Assembly: GCA_946629175.1 (NCBI GenBank)
Contig: CAMOXN010000001.1
Location: 2,192 to 66,191 of the forward strand
Length of the DNA: 64,000 nt
Direction: 5' to 3'
From: an uncultured Lachnospiraceae bacterium
Lineage (GTDB): Bacteria > Bacillota > Clostridia > Lachnospirales > Lachnospiraceae
Shown: positions 46,750 to 61,112 of the stretch, in pieces
Layout: every line of letters begins with the position of its first letter
How positions within the stretch are numbered: the stretch's first letter is position 1
The notes under the pieces: generated by a model
What the model was told of the DNA's origin: nothing
Seen by the model: only the letters and a program-made list of their open reading frames with translations
The model's database searches: none
Translations under genes and position numbers: made by a program

Positions 46750-47688
46750 TCAAGATCTGTTTTTATGAGCCGGTTCCGAATACGCCTGTTCTAAATTCGC
46801 CTGTTCAATATGCGCCTGCTTTAAATGAGTCAGTTTAATATGAGCCTCCCTGATCGGCGGCAGGACACTGTCCGGCACATACAGGTGCCCGTAACCGGTC
46901 CCCAGATCGAGGTTCTTCTTGCGGGCCCCGTGGTAGTCGCTCCCCCCGCTCACAAGAAGGCCGTACTCATCCGCGATGCGGCAGAGGTATGCAGTATCGG
47001 CAGGCTTGTAGCCGGAGTAATAGACTTCGATCCCCAGAAGGCCTTCCGCTTCCAGGGAGGAGACCAGTTCCCGCAGCCCGGCATCGGTCAGCTTGTACTG
47101 CAAAGGGTGCGCCAGGATCGGGACGCCGCCGTACTGCAGCACGAGGCGCACCGCGTCGGCCGGTGTCAGATTCTCCCTCGGTACGAAGTAAGGGCAGTCG
47201 TCGCCGATCAGTTTCGAAAAGACCTCTTCGACGGAGGAGACCATCCCGTGCTCACAGAGATACTGCGCGAAATGCGCCCTTGTGATCACCGTATCCGGAA
47301 AAGCGGCCTCAAGGGCCTCGTATGTCACTTCGTATCCTGCCTCCGTAAGGAGCCGGCACATCTTCCTGTTCCGGAAGATCCTCGCGTCAGCGAATTCCTG
47401 CAGTTTATCCGCAAAAGCCGGGTCTTTCCAGTCGATATAAAGGCCGATGATGTGAATGTCTTTTCCCATGTATTCGGTTGAGAGCTCGACGCCCGGAATG
47501 ACTTCGGGGGCGTTTTCTTCATTCATTTCCCGGGCGGCGGCCATGGCTTCCGCGATCCCGACAACGGTGTCATGGTCCGTCAGCGCGACAGCCGCAAGGC
47601 CCTTGCGGAAAGCATAGCGGACCAGTTCCTTCGGTGTGCAGGTCCCGTCTGAGCCGGCAGAGTGGGTGTGCAGATCAACAGGGCGCAT
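46750..47688 (-). CDS. PHP-domain phosphoesterase (TrpH/YciV-like)
   Basis: DLHTHS..SDG, LTDHDT, GVELS, AHP, GGSDYHG. Confidence 0.9.
   Translation of the reverse strand: MRPVDLHTHSAGSDGTCTPKELVRYAFRKGLAAVALTDHDTVVGIAEAMAAAREMNEENAPEVIPGVELSTEYMGKDIHIIGLYIDWKDPAFADKLQEFADARIFRNRKMCRLLTEAGYEVTYEALEAAFPDTVITRAHFAQYLCEHGMVSSVEEVFSKLIGDDCPYFVPRENLTPADAVRLVLQYGGVPILAHPLQYKLTDAGLRELVSSLEAEGLLGIEVYYSGYKPADTAYLCRIADEYGLLVSGGSDYHGARKKNLDLGTGYGHLYVPDSVLPPIREAHIKLTHLKQAHIEQANLEQAYSEPAHKNRS
46765..46846. repeat. Degenerate 15 bp tandem repeat (5.5 units) forming the PHP C-terminal tail
   Basis: atgagccggttccga / atacgcctgttctaa / attcgcctgttcaat / atgcgcctgctttaa / atgagtcagtttaat / atgagcc. Confidence 0.75.
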
Positions 47689-47806
47689 AGCGGACTCCTA
47701 TCCATCAGTGATCCAAGTCAGTGATTTCCGGGTTGTTTTCATATGTATAAGGACAGCCGGCCGCTTTCATAAAACGGCCGGCTGGAACTGAGCGTAAGGC
47801 GGGAGA

Positions 47807-49444
47807 TCAGTTGCTGTCCTCCTCGCGCGCCGCCTCGTAGATCGTTCTCTTTCTCGCTTCCGCATTGTTGGCGAGATAATCGTCATACGTGGTGACTTTA
47901 TCGATGATGCTGCCGTCGGGCAGGATCTCGATGATGCGGTTCGCTGTAGTCTGTACGACCTGGTGGTCGCGGCAGGCGATCAGCTCGACGCCGGGGAACT
48001 TGATCATTCCGTCGTTGAGCGCGGAAATGGACTCCATATCCAGATGGTTCGTGGGCTCGTCGAAGATCAGGCAGTTGGCGCCGCTGATCATCATTCTGGA
48101 GAGCTGGCAGCGCACGCGCTCGCCTCCTGAAAGGACATTCAGTTTCTTAATGCCGTCGTCTCCGGCAAAGAGCATTCTTCCCAGGAAACCGCGGACATAG
48201 GTGACATCCTTGACGGGTGAGTAGCCTGTGAGCCATTCGGTGATCGTGTACTCGCTCTTGAACTCCTTGGTGTTATCCTTCTCGAAATAAGCCTGGGAAG
48301 TCGTAACGCCCCATTTGTAGGTGCCCTCGTCCGGCTCCATCCTGCCCATAAGGATCTCGAACAGGGTCGTCTTGGCGAGCTCCTGGCTGCCGACGAAAGC
48401 GATCTTGTCGTCATGTCCCATTACGAAGGAGACGTTGTCGAGCACCTTGACGCCGTTGATGGTCTTGGAGATGCCGCTGACGGTGAGCACTTCGTTCCCG
48501 ATCTCCCTGTCGGGCCTGAAGTCGATGTAGGGATACTTGCGGCTGGAGGGCTTGATCTCCTCGAGCTGTATTTTCTCAAGAGCACGCTTTCTGCTCGTCG
48601 CCTGTTTGGACTTGGAGGCATTGGCGGAGAAGCGGGAGATGAACTCCTTGAGCTCCTTGATCTTTTCTTCCTTCTTCTTATTGGCTTCCTTCATCTGGCG
48701 GATCAGGAGGCGGGAGGATTCATACCAGAAATCGTAGTTCCCGGCGAAAAGAGTGATCTTGCCGTAGTCGATGTCGGCGATATAGGTGCAGACCTTGTTG
48801 AGGAAGTAGCGGTCGTGGGATACCACGATCACTGTGTTCTCGAAGTTGATGAGGAACTCCTCGAGCCAGGCGATGGCGTCCAGATCCAGATGGTTCGTGG
48901 GCTCGTCGAGCAGCAGGATGTCGGGATTTCCGAAAAGCGCTCTGGCCAGCAGTACCTTGACCTTCTGCGCGCCGGTAAGTTCCCGCATCAGGTAGCTGTG
49001 GAGCTCGGTCTCGATCCCGAGTCCGTTCAGAAGGGATTCCGCATCGGCTTCGGCCTCCCAGCCGTTCAGTTCAGCGAACTCCGTCTCCAGTTCGCTGGCC
49101 TTGATGCCGTCCTCGTCGGAAAAATCTTCCTTGGCATAGAGCGCGTCCTTCTCCTTCATGATCTCGAAAAGACGCGGGTTTCCCTGGATGACAGTGTCCA
49201 GGACGACCTGGTTGTCGTACTTGTTCTGGTTCTGCTCGAGGAAAGAGAGTCTCTGTCCCTGGGAGATCGAGACATATCCGCTCGTTGTCTCAAGCTGTCC
49301 GCTGAGGATCCGCAGAAAGGTGGACTTGCCGGCGCCGTTCGCGCCGATAATGCCGTAACAGTTCCCTTCGGTGAATTTAATATTGACATCTTCGAAAAGA
49401 GCTTTCTTTCCGAGCCTTAAAGTTACATTATTTGCAGCGATCAT
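47807..49444 (-). CDS. ABC-F family ATPase (YbiT/YkpA-like)
   Basis: GANGAGKS, LDEPTNHLD, FISRFSANASKSKQATSR linker; the second Walker A is degenerate (GSQELAKT). Confidence 0.92.
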   Translation of the reverse strand: MIAANNVTLRLGKKALFEDVNIKFTEGNCYGIIGANGAGKSTFLRILSGQLETTSGYVSISQGQRLSFLEQNQNKYDNQVVLDTVIQGNPRLFEIMKEKDALYAKEDFSDEDGIKASELETEFAELNGWEAEADAESLLNGLGIETELHSYLMRELTGAQKVKVLLARALFGNPDILLLDEPTNHLDLDAIAWLEEFLINFENTVIVVSHDRYFLNKVCTYIADIDYGKITLFAGNYDFWYESSRLLIRQMKEANKKKEEKIKELKEFISRFSANASKSKQATSRKRALEKIQLEEIKPSSRKYPYIDFRPDREIGNEVLTVSGISKTINGVKVLDNVSFVMGHDDKIAFVGSQELAKTTLFEILMGRMEPDEGTYKWGVTTSQAYFEKDNTKEFKSEYTITEWLTGYSPVKDVTYVRGFLGRMLFAGDDGIKKLNVLSGGERVRCQLSRMMISGANCLIFDEPTNHLDMESISALNDGMIKFPGVELIACRDHQVVQTTANRIIEILPDGSIIDKVTTYDDYLANNAEARKRTIYEAAREEDSN

Positions 49445-49687
49445 TGAGCCTCCTTATTTATAAGCACTATTGATATGCACTATTTGTAAGCACTTGAAAT
49501 ACACTTTAATAATAATAACCAAGGAATTGCGTACAGGCAACCGTGTAAGATGAAAAAACAGGACGAAAAAGACCGGTGCCGGCGGATGTTTTCATAAAAA
49601 AACTATAAAACCGATAAATATCATAGAGGTTTATGTGAAAGAGTGATAAAATATTATCAGTTTATATCATGCAGCAGAGGATAACGG

Positions 49688-50539
49688 ATGAATAGAAAAG
49701 CTGGCAGGATACTGGCGGCCCCGGCGGTACTTTCGGGCCTCTATCTTTTGGCGCTGATGCCGAGGATCACGGGCAGGCCTGATCCGGCTCCGTTCAGGAC
49801 CAGACTGTTCGCGCACCGCGGACTGCACGACAACCTTAAAGGTGTGCCGGAGAACTCGATGGCGGCGTTTAAGAAAGCCGTGGAAGCGGGATATGGAATA
49901 GAACTGGATGTTCAGCTTACGAAGGACAGGGTCCCGGTGATCTTTCATGATTTTTCACTGGAAAGGGCATGTAACGCTCCGGGGCTCGTGAAGGACTATA
50001 CTTTCGCGGAACTTCAAAAGTTCCGGCTCTTCGGGAGCGGCGAGAGGATCCCTTCACTGAAGGATTTTCTCAAGATGGTCGACGGAAGAGTCCCCCTGAT
50101 CGTGGAATACAAGTCAGAGGATACGGACATGAGCGTCTGCAGGAGAATTGCCCCCATGCTCAAAGCGTACAAGGGGATCTACTGCATAGAATCCTTCAAT
50201 CCGCTGGTGCTGTACTGGTATAGAAAGAACCATCCCGAAGTGATGAGGGGACAGCTGTCCGACGGTTTTATCCACGACAAAAAGTACCAGACATTACTGA
50301 AGCTGCCGACGGTGTTCCCGCTTCAGTTTCTGCTCGCAAACTTCTTGTCAAAACCCGATTTCATCGCTTACAATTGTATATATGAAGGCAATCTTTCGAG
50401 GCGGATCTGCAGGGACCTTTTTAAGACGAAATCCGCTGCCTGGACGATCAGGAGCAGAGAAGAACTGGACCGGGCCGCCCCGTATTTTGATGTCTTCATA
50501 TTTGACAGCTTCCTGCCGGATCTTAAGCAAATGAAGTGA
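49688..50539 (+). CDS. Glycerophosphodiester phosphodiesterase family protein
   Basis: AHRGLH, PENSMAAF, IELDVQLTKD, IFHD, ESFNP, WTIR. Confidence 0.9.
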   Translation: MNRKAGRILAAPAVLSGLYLLALMPRITGRPDPAPFRTRLFAHRGLHDNLKGVPENSMAAFKKAVEAGYGIELDVQLTKDRVPVIFHDFSLERACNAPGLVKDYTFAELQKFRLFGSGERIPSLKDFLKMVDGRVPLIVEYKSEDTDMSVCRRIAPMLKAYKGIYCIESFNPLVLYWYRKNHPEVMRGQLSDGFIHDKKYQTLLKLPTVFPLQFLLANFLSKPDFIAYNCIYEGNLSRRICRDLFKTKSAAWTIRSREELDRAAPYFDVFIFDSFLPDLKQMK

Positions 50540-50616
50540 CGGCAAAGGGGCGTTTCGTACTGTTTCATTCTATGGTAACGGCTCTGAAAAGAGTTAATAA
50601 TTAAGGAGGTATATGA

Positions 50617-53247
<2,631 letters not shown>

Positions 53248-53292
53248 GGCTTTTGGAGTGTTCTCACAGAGCATATTGTAGAATAAGTGATT

Positions 53293-53340
53293 AAGGGGCT
53301 GCCGCTCTAAGAAATGATTCTTAGGGCGGCGCCCTTTTTT
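53293..53340 (+). terminator. Intrinsic terminator after ppdK
   Basis: AAGGGGCTGCCGCTCTAAGAA...TTCTTAGGGCGGCGCCC followed by TTTTTT. Confidence 0.75.
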
Positions 53341-53560
53341 GGAAAGGGATGGATGGGCCCGGTGAGAAGGTATTGAATTCGCGGAGTTTCTCCATGAAAT
53401 CTCCGTGAGATCTCAAAAAACGGTTCTTAGCGGAGTCTTAAGAGGAGCTCTCACTGGAAAAGAGGCGAACGAGATAACCCGATCGCCCCTTAAGCATGAA
53501 AAGTCATGAAATTGTTCTGCTCATTATAAATAAAAGATCATTTATCAATCATACTGATGT

Positions 53561-53824
53561 TCAGGCAAGTCCCTTCCAGGTGATCCCGTAGATCTGTTCC
53601 ATCACCTTGCGGATCTCGTCCATCATGTGCTGGCAGGCCTCGTTCTCCGTGGCGAACTGCATAAGGCCGATCTTGTTCTTTTTCTCACTGAAATATACTT
53701 CCCACATATTCTCTTTAGACTTTCCGAGGCAGATCCGGTTCGAACGGGAACCGCCTTTAAGGTTATAGAGATGAGAAGGGACCAGGTGCTCTTTGAAGAA
53801 TACTTTCAGTTCTTTTACTGTCAT
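53561..53824 (-). CDS. Small hypothetical protein resembling polymorphic-toxin immunity proteins
   Basis: GGAGG RBS; 87 aa with YNLKGG...ICL...WEVYFSEK..K....F.TENEAC. Confidence 0.7.
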   Translation of the reverse strand: MTVKELKVFFKEHLVPSHLYNLKGGSRSNRICLGKSKENMWEVYFSEKKNKIGLMQFATENEACQHMMDEIRKVMEQIYGITWKGLA

Positions 53825-54060
53825 AACATGCCTCCGTAATTTAAAAAAACTCCATAAGTAGTTTTTAAAACTACATATACTATAACACTGAACCCTGTTA
53901 TGCGCAAGGGTTGATCATACGCGTACAGATCTCATACGGCATTAAAGTATAAAAAAATTATTAAACGTGAAAAAAGCACCCCAGATGAGTAATTTAAAGA
54001 TATAGTGAGAAATAATAAGATATTGAGAGAAATAGCGAGTAATTGTGACACTTTAGACGG

Positions 54061-54089
54061 TTGCATTCAAAGTAGGATGAAACTATTAT
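54061..54089 (+). promoter_or_regulatory. sigmaA promoter of groESL
   Basis: TTGCAT, 17 bp spacer, TATTAT, directly upstream of CIRCE. Confidence 0.65.
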
Positions 54090-54100
54090 ACCAACTAGAG

Positions 54101-54127
54101 TTAGCACTCAATATAAAAGAGTGCTAA
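54101..54127 (+). promoter_or_regulatory. CIRCE element (HrcA operator)
   Basis: Perfect TTAGCACTC-N9-GAGTGCTAA. Confidence 0.97.
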
Positions 54128-54193
54128 CAACCCAAACAAATCATGTACACCAATGAAATGATTTGATCATTCACGCATAAGGAGGCGTAAAAC

Positions 54194-54478
54194 ATGAAGT
54201 TAGTACCTTTAGCAGACAGAGTCGTTCTCAAACAGCTTGAAGCGGAGCAGACTACGAAGTCCGGCATCGTCCTTCCCGGCCAGGAGAAGGAAAAGCCCCA
54301 GCAGGCGGAAGTGATCGCGGTAGGTCCCGGCGGCGTCGTAGACGGCAAGGAGATCAAGATGGAAGTCAAGACCGGAGACAAGGTCATTTATTCCAAATAC
54401 GCAGGCACGGAAGTCAAGCTCGACGACGAGAAGTTCATCATCGTTAAGCAGAGCGATATCCTTGCGGTGATCGAGTGA
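54194..54478 (+). CDS. groES: Co-chaperonin GroES
   Basis: PLADRVV, TKSGIVLP, YSKYAGTEV, DILAV. Confidence 0.97.
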   Translation: MKLVPLADRVVLKQLEAEQTTKSGIVLPGQEKEKPQQAEVIAVGPGGVVDGKEIKMEVKTGDKVIYSKYAGTEVKLDDEKFIIVKQSDILAVIE

Positions 54479-54540
54479 CCGAAGGACGTCTGGTCTTATA
54501 ACACTAAGCATACAGCAAAATTAACCCGGAAAAGAGGTAA

Positions 54541-56163
<1,623 letters not shown>

Positions 56164-56189
56164 TATAAATACAGAACACCGGAAAATAA

Positions 56190-56238
56190 ACAGGACCTGC
56201 CCGGAGAGCTTAGCTCACCGGGCAGGCCCTGTTTTTTT
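56190..56238 (+). terminator. Intrinsic terminator after groEL
   Basis: ACAGGACCTGCCCGG...CCGGGCAGGCCCTGT followed by a T-run. Confidence 0.75.
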
Positions 56239-56353
56239 GCGGTTCGGACAAGTCGCGGCAAACCTTTTTTATGCCATAAACTTGACAAATATTCTAATTA
56301 TTCTAATAATAAAGATACTTTATAGAAAGTTTATAAATAACTGAAAGGACCAG

Positions 56354-58672
56354 ATGGCGATTATGACCGGCACCAGTGCAGATAAAGCCTTACAGGAATT
56401 CGACAGGGGCACTATAGAGGATATCGGTGAATATATAAGTCCGGAAGAGCTGTATTCGGATCTGATTGAGCGTGTCCGCAGGTACCATCCTTCCGACGAC
56501 ATTTCCCTGATCGAGAAGGCTTACGCGGTGGCCAGCAAGGCGCACGAGGGGCAGAAGCGGAAATCGGGCGAGCCTTATATCATACATCCTCTCTATGTGG
56601 GACTGATCCTTGCGGACCTCGAACTGGACAAAGAGACCATTACTGCGGGACTCCTTCACGACGTGGTAGAAGATACGATCATGACCAAGGAGGAGATCAC
56701 CGAGCAGTTCGGGTCGGATGTGGCGCTCCTTGTCGACGGCGTCACGAAACTGGAAAAACTCAAACTTTCCGGGGATTACAGGGAAAAATCACTGGCACAG
56801 CAGGATATGCAGGCCAGAAATCTCAGGAAGATGTTCCTGGCTATGGCCAAGGACATACGCGTCATCCTGATCAAACTTGCGGACCGCCTTCACAATATGC
56901 GTACTCTGGGACATATGCCTCCGGAGAAACAGGACCGGATCGCGCAGGAGACTCTCGATATCTATTCTCCCATCGCTTCCAGGCTTGGCATTTCCATGAT
57001 CAAAGTCGAACTGGATGACCTTTCCCTCAAATATCTCAAACCCGATGTCTATTATGACCTGGTAGAAAAGGTCGCGCAACGCAAATCCGAGAGGGAGAAA
57101 TATGTTCGCGAGATCGCCCGGGACGTCGCGCAGAATATTGCGGAAGCCGGCATCGAGGGCAAGGTGACCGGACGCGTTAAGCACTTTTTCAGCATTTACA
57201 AGAAGATGGTGAACCAGGGAAAGTCCCTGGACCAGATATATGATCTCTTTGCGGTCCGCATTATCGTGAACAGCGTCAAGGACTGCTATGCATGTCTGGG
57301 CGTGATCCACGAGATGTACAAGCCGATCCCCGGCAGGTTCAAGGATTATATCGCCATGCCCAAGCCCAATATGTACCAGTCGCTCCACACGACGTTGATC
57401 GGGCCGACGGGACAGCCCTTTGAGATCCAGATCCGTACTTTTGAGATGCACAGGGCGGCTGAATACGGTATCGCCGCGCACTGGAAATACAAGGAACAGT
57501 CGGACGGCAAGAATCCTGAGGACAGGGAAGAGGAGAAACTGTCCTGGCTCAGGCAGATCCTGGAATGGCAGCGGGATATGTCGGACAACCGGGAGTTCAT
57601 GGACTTTTTAAAGAGCGACCTGGATCTTTTCTCCGACAGTGTTTATTGCTTTACGCCGAGAGGAGAAGTCAAGAACCTGCCGGCCGGTTCTACTCCGATC
57701 GATTTCGCGTATTCGATCCACTCCGCTGTGGGTAACCGCATGGTCGGCGCCCGGGTAAACGGGAAGATCGTCCCTATTGAGTACAGGATAAGGAACGGTG
57801 ACCGGATCGAGATCCTGACATCGCAGAGCTCCAAGGGCCCCAGCCCGGACTGGCTCAGTATTGTCAAGAGCCCGTCCGCCCGCAATAAGATCAACCAGTG
57901 GTTCCGAAGGGAGATGAAAGAGGAGAACATCGCCAACGGCAGGGAACTGATGGCATCCTGCAGCAAGTCGAAAGGGTATCAGCTCTCCTCTCTCTTAAAA
58001 CCCGAGTATAAGGAATATATTTTAAGAAAATACGGCTTCCGGGAATGGGACGCGGTCGTCGCTGCGATCGGCCACGGCGGACTTAAGGAAGGACAGATCG
58101 TTAATAAGCTCATTGAGCTCTACGAAGAAGAACACAAGAAACAGCTCAGCGACGAAGAAGTCCTCCGCGAGATCTCGGAGCACAGGCCCCATATTCACAG
58201 CAAGAACAATAACGCGATCGTCGTAAAGGGGATCCAGGACCTGGCTGTGCGCTTCTCCAAGTGCTGTAATCCGGTGCCCGGAGACCAGATCGTCGGATTT
58301 GTGACGAGGGGCAGAGGCGTTTCGATCCACAGGGCGGACTGCGTCAACGTGGTCAACGTAGACGAGGAGAACAAGGACCGCATCATCGAAGCCTCCTGGT
58401 CGGCTGCCGCGAAGGACAACGGAGATGCGGGAGGATTTGTCGCGGAGATCAATATCTACGCGAATGACCGCGCGGGGCTCCTCAACGACGTGACGAGGAA
58501 TTTCTCCGAGAGGGAGATCAATATCCTCAAGGTCAATACCACGACGAGCAAGCACGGGATCGCGACGCTTACGATCAGCTTTGAAGTGAAGAGCATCGAG
58601 GAGCTGCAGGAGATCTGCGGAAAGCTCCAGAACATACGCGGCGTGCAGGCTGTCAAGAGGACGAGCGGCTGA
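56354..58672 (+). CDS. rel: Bifunctional (p)ppGpp synthetase/hydrolase (long RSH)
   Basis: RKSGEPY..HP, HDVVED, KLADRLHNMRT, RFKDY, YQSLHTT, EIQIRT, TGS and ACT domains. Confidence 0.96.
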   Translation: MAIMTGTSADKALQEFDRGTIEDIGEYISPEELYSDLIERVRRYHPSDDISLIEKAYAVASKAHEGQKRKSGEPYIIHPLYVGLILADLELDKETITAGLLHDVVEDTIMTKEEITEQFGSDVALLVDGVTKLEKLKLSGDYREKSLAQQDMQARNLRKMFLAMAKDIRVILIKLADRLHNMRTLGHMPPEKQDRIAQETLDIYSPIASRLGISMIKVELDDLSLKYLKPDVYYDLVEKVAQRKSEREKYVREIARDVAQNIAEAGIEGKVTGRVKHFFSIYKKMVNQGKSLDQIYDLFAVRIIVNSVKDCYACLGVIHEMYKPIPGRFKDYIAMPKPNMYQSLHTTLIGPTGQPFEIQIRTFEMHRAAEYGIAAHWKYKEQSDGKNPEDREEEKLSWLRQILEWQRDMSDNREFMDFLKSDLDLFSDSVYCFTPRGEVKNLPAGSTPIDFAYSIHSAVGNRMVGARVNGKIVPIEYRIRNGDRIEILTSQSSKGPSPDWLSIVKSPSARNKINQWFRREMKEENIANGRELMASCSKSKGYQLSSLLKPEYKEYILRKYGFREWDAVVAAIGHGGLKEGQIVNKLIELYEEEHKKQLSDEEVLREISEHRPHIHSKNNNAIVVKGIQDLAVRFSKCCNPVPGDQIVGFVTRGRGVSIHRADCVNVVNVDEENKDRIIEASWSAAAKDNGDAGGFVAEINIYANDRAGLLNDVTRNFSEREINILKVNTTTSKHGIATLTISFEVKSIEELQEICGKLQNIRGVQAVKRTSG

Positions 58673-58732
58673 GGGCATCCGGAACGGAACGGAAGCGCCT
58701 TTTGCGGCATGGAATCAGTAAGGAGAGAGTAT

Positions 58733-59383
58733 ATGGGCAAAATACTGATCGGATGTTATGTGGTGGGAATGGTTCAGACCAATTTCTATTATCTTCACAG
58801 GGAAGGAAGCAGCGCAACGATCGTTGTGGATCCCGCGGATTACGGCAGGGAGATCTACGACGAGCTGACAAGGCAGGGGCTTGAGATCAAGGCGATCTTT
58901 CTGACCCACGGACATTTTGACCATATACTTGGCGTGGAAGCGCTCAAAAAGGCGTGCGGAGCGCCCGTGTATGCCTGCGCCATGGAAAAGGAACTTCTTT
59001 TGGACCCGGATCTAAACAGTTCCAGGGATATCGGAAGGTCCTGCAGGATCACGGCGGATCATTATCTCATCGACGGAGAAATGGTCACCGAGGCCGGCAT
59101 CACAATGAAGACGCTGTTCACGCCCGGACATACGGAAGGGGGATGCTGCTACTACATCACTGCTGAAGAGAGCGGCGGAGATCCGATCCTTCTTAGCGGC
59201 GATACGCTGTTCGAGGAGTCCATTGGAAGAACGGACCTTCCGACAGGCAGCATGCATACGCTCGCGGAGTCGATCCGCAATAAACTCTATGTCCTGCCTG
59301 ACAACACGCAGGTCTATTCGGGGCACGGCGGAACTACGACGATCGAACACGAGAAGAAGTATAATTATTTTGTGCGCCCGTAA
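58733..59383 (+). CDS. MBL-fold metallo-hydrolase (glyoxalase II-like)
   Basis: THGHFDH, TPGHTEG, GDTLF, GRTDLP; ATG at 58733. Confidence 0.9.
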   Translation: MGKILIGCYVVGMVQTNFYYLHREGSSATIVVDPADYGREIYDELTRQGLEIKAIFLTHGHFDHILGVEALKKACGAPVYACAMEKELLLDPDLNSSRDIGRSCRITADHYLIDGEMVTEAGITMKTLFTPGHTEGGCCYYITAEESGGDPILLSGDTLFEESIGRTDLPTGSMHTLAESIRNKLYVLPDNTQVYSGHGGTTTIEHEKKYNYFVRP

Positions 59384-59482
59384 AAGGCGCGTGGATCCTC
59401 GCGCCGAAATGAACTGCGCGCGGGACTGCGCGGCATATAAATATGCCGTGCATGTGAGACGGAGCTCTGAACTAAGAAATTA

Positions 59483-60955
59483 ATGATGATAGCAGTTGAA
59501 AATATTGAACTATACAGATATGAGATCCACTCTCTCCTGAAAGCGTTCTATCCGCAGGAGACAGTGAAAGTGTTCGTAGGGGAGCCGGATGTCAGGAAGT
59601 ATCCTGGACCGGCTTTTTTGCGTGTTGAATTTGAGCCTGACCGCATTGAGATGACGGTCTTTCCGGAGGAAGCGGCAGAAATGCCGTTCACGAGGACGGT
59701 GAGAGCGCCCGAGGGGGCAGCTTTTGACCAGAAGAGCACCGCCTGCAAGACTGCCGCCAAGCACCTCTTATACGAAATGCTCTGCGACTATACGAAGACG
59801 TCCCTGCCATGGGGAGAACTGATCGGGATCCGCCCGACGAAGATCGCGATGGCAAGGCTCAGGGAGGGAGACTCCGTCGAAGAGGCGGCCCGATATATGG
59901 AAACCGAGCATCTGGTAAGCCCGGAGAAAGCAGCGCTTGCCGCCCAGATCGCGGAGAGGGAGAGAAAGATCCTCTCGGGGATCCATTACGAGAACGGCTT
60001 CAGCCTGTATGTGGGGATACCTTTCTGTCCGACCACATGCCTCTACTGCTCGTTTACTTCTTATCCGCTGGCTTCGTGGAAGCCTCGTGTCGGTGAGTAT
60101 CTTGACGCGCTTGAGAGGGAGATGGAGGCGAGTGCGCCCATGTTCGAGGGGCGGATCCTCGATACGCTCTATATCGGCGGCGGGACGCCGACAACGTTGG
60201 AACCTTCCGAGTCAGAGAGACTGATCGGTATGATCAGGCAGTATTTTGACACGGGCGCTCTGCAGGAGTTCACGGTCGAGGCGGGGAGACCCGACAGCAT
60301 AACGGCAGAAAAGCTGGCGGTCCTGAGGGAATGCGGCGTCTCAAGGATCAGCGTCAATCCGCAGACCATGCGGGACAGGACGCTGAAACTGATCGGAAGG
60401 CAGCATACCGCCGCGCAGACGGAGGAAGCGTTCCGCCTCGCGAGAGACTCGGGGTTCGACAACATCAATATGGATATCATCCTGGGGCTTCCGGGAGAGA
60501 CGCCCGAGGACGTGAGATATACGATGGAGAAGATCAGGGAACTCGGTCCGGACGACCTGACTGTGCATTCACTGGCCGTCAAGAGGGCCTCGGGTCTCTT
60601 GAAGTGGATCGAGAAGAACGGTTTTTCGTCGATCAGCAACACGGACGAGTGCATGGAAATAGCGGCGCGGGGAGCCGCTGAGATGGGCATGTCCCCCTAT
60701 TACCTGTACAGGCAGAAGAATATGTCCGGGAACTTCGAGAACGTCGGATATGCCAGGGAAGGCAGGGCCGGGATCTATAACATCCTGATCATGGAAGAAA
60801 AGCAGTCCATCCTCGCGCTCGGCGCCGGGAGCATCTCAAAGGGGGTTTTCCCCGGCGGCCGCATCGAGCGTCGTGACAATGCCAAGGAAGTGGCGGTCTA
60901 TATAGATCACATAGATGAGATGATCGAAAGGAAGAAGAAGCTGTTCGGCCGTTAA
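59483..60955 (+). CDS. hemZ: HemZ-type radical SAM protein (HemN-like)
   Basis: LPWGELIGIRPTK, CPTTCLYC, GGGTP, EAGRPDS, PYYLYRQK. Confidence 0.9.
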   Translation: MMIAVENIELYRYEIHSLLKAFYPQETVKVFVGEPDVRKYPGPAFLRVEFEPDRIEMTVFPEEAAEMPFTRTVRAPEGAAFDQKSTACKTAAKHLLYEMLCDYTKTSLPWGELIGIRPTKIAMARLREGDSVEEAARYMETEHLVSPEKAALAAQIAERERKILSGIHYENGFSLYVGIPFCPTTCLYCSFTSYPLASWKPRVGEYLDALEREMEASAPMFEGRILDTLYIGGGTPTTLEPSESERLIGMIRQYFDTGALQEFTVEAGRPDSITAEKLAVLRECGVSRISVNPQTMRDRTLKLIGRQHTAAQTEEAFRLARDSGFDNINMDIILGLPGETPEDVRYTMEKIRELGPDDLTVHSLAVKRASGLLKWIEKNGFSSISNTDECMEIAARGAAEMGMSPYYLYRQKNMSGNFENVGYAREGRAGIYNILIMEEKQSILALGAGSISKGVFPGGRIERRDNAKEVAVYIDHIDEMIERKKKLFGR

Positions 60956-60962
60956 AATTATC

Positions 60963-60992
60963 TTGCAATATGTATAGAAGGTATGTTATATT
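60963..60992 (+). promoter_or_regulatory. Putative sigmaA promoter (extended -10) of topA
   Basis: TTGCAA, 18 bp spacer, TG-n-TATATT. Confidence 0.5.
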
Positions 60993-61112
60993 ACCCGAGG
61001 TTTGGCCATATTTGGCTGATCAATTTGCAAATTTACGTATTTGCGCACAGTTGTGAGACTACTCACGTCCGGGCGTCCGGATATATGCGCAGATATTTGT
61101 CAAGAGGTGAAA

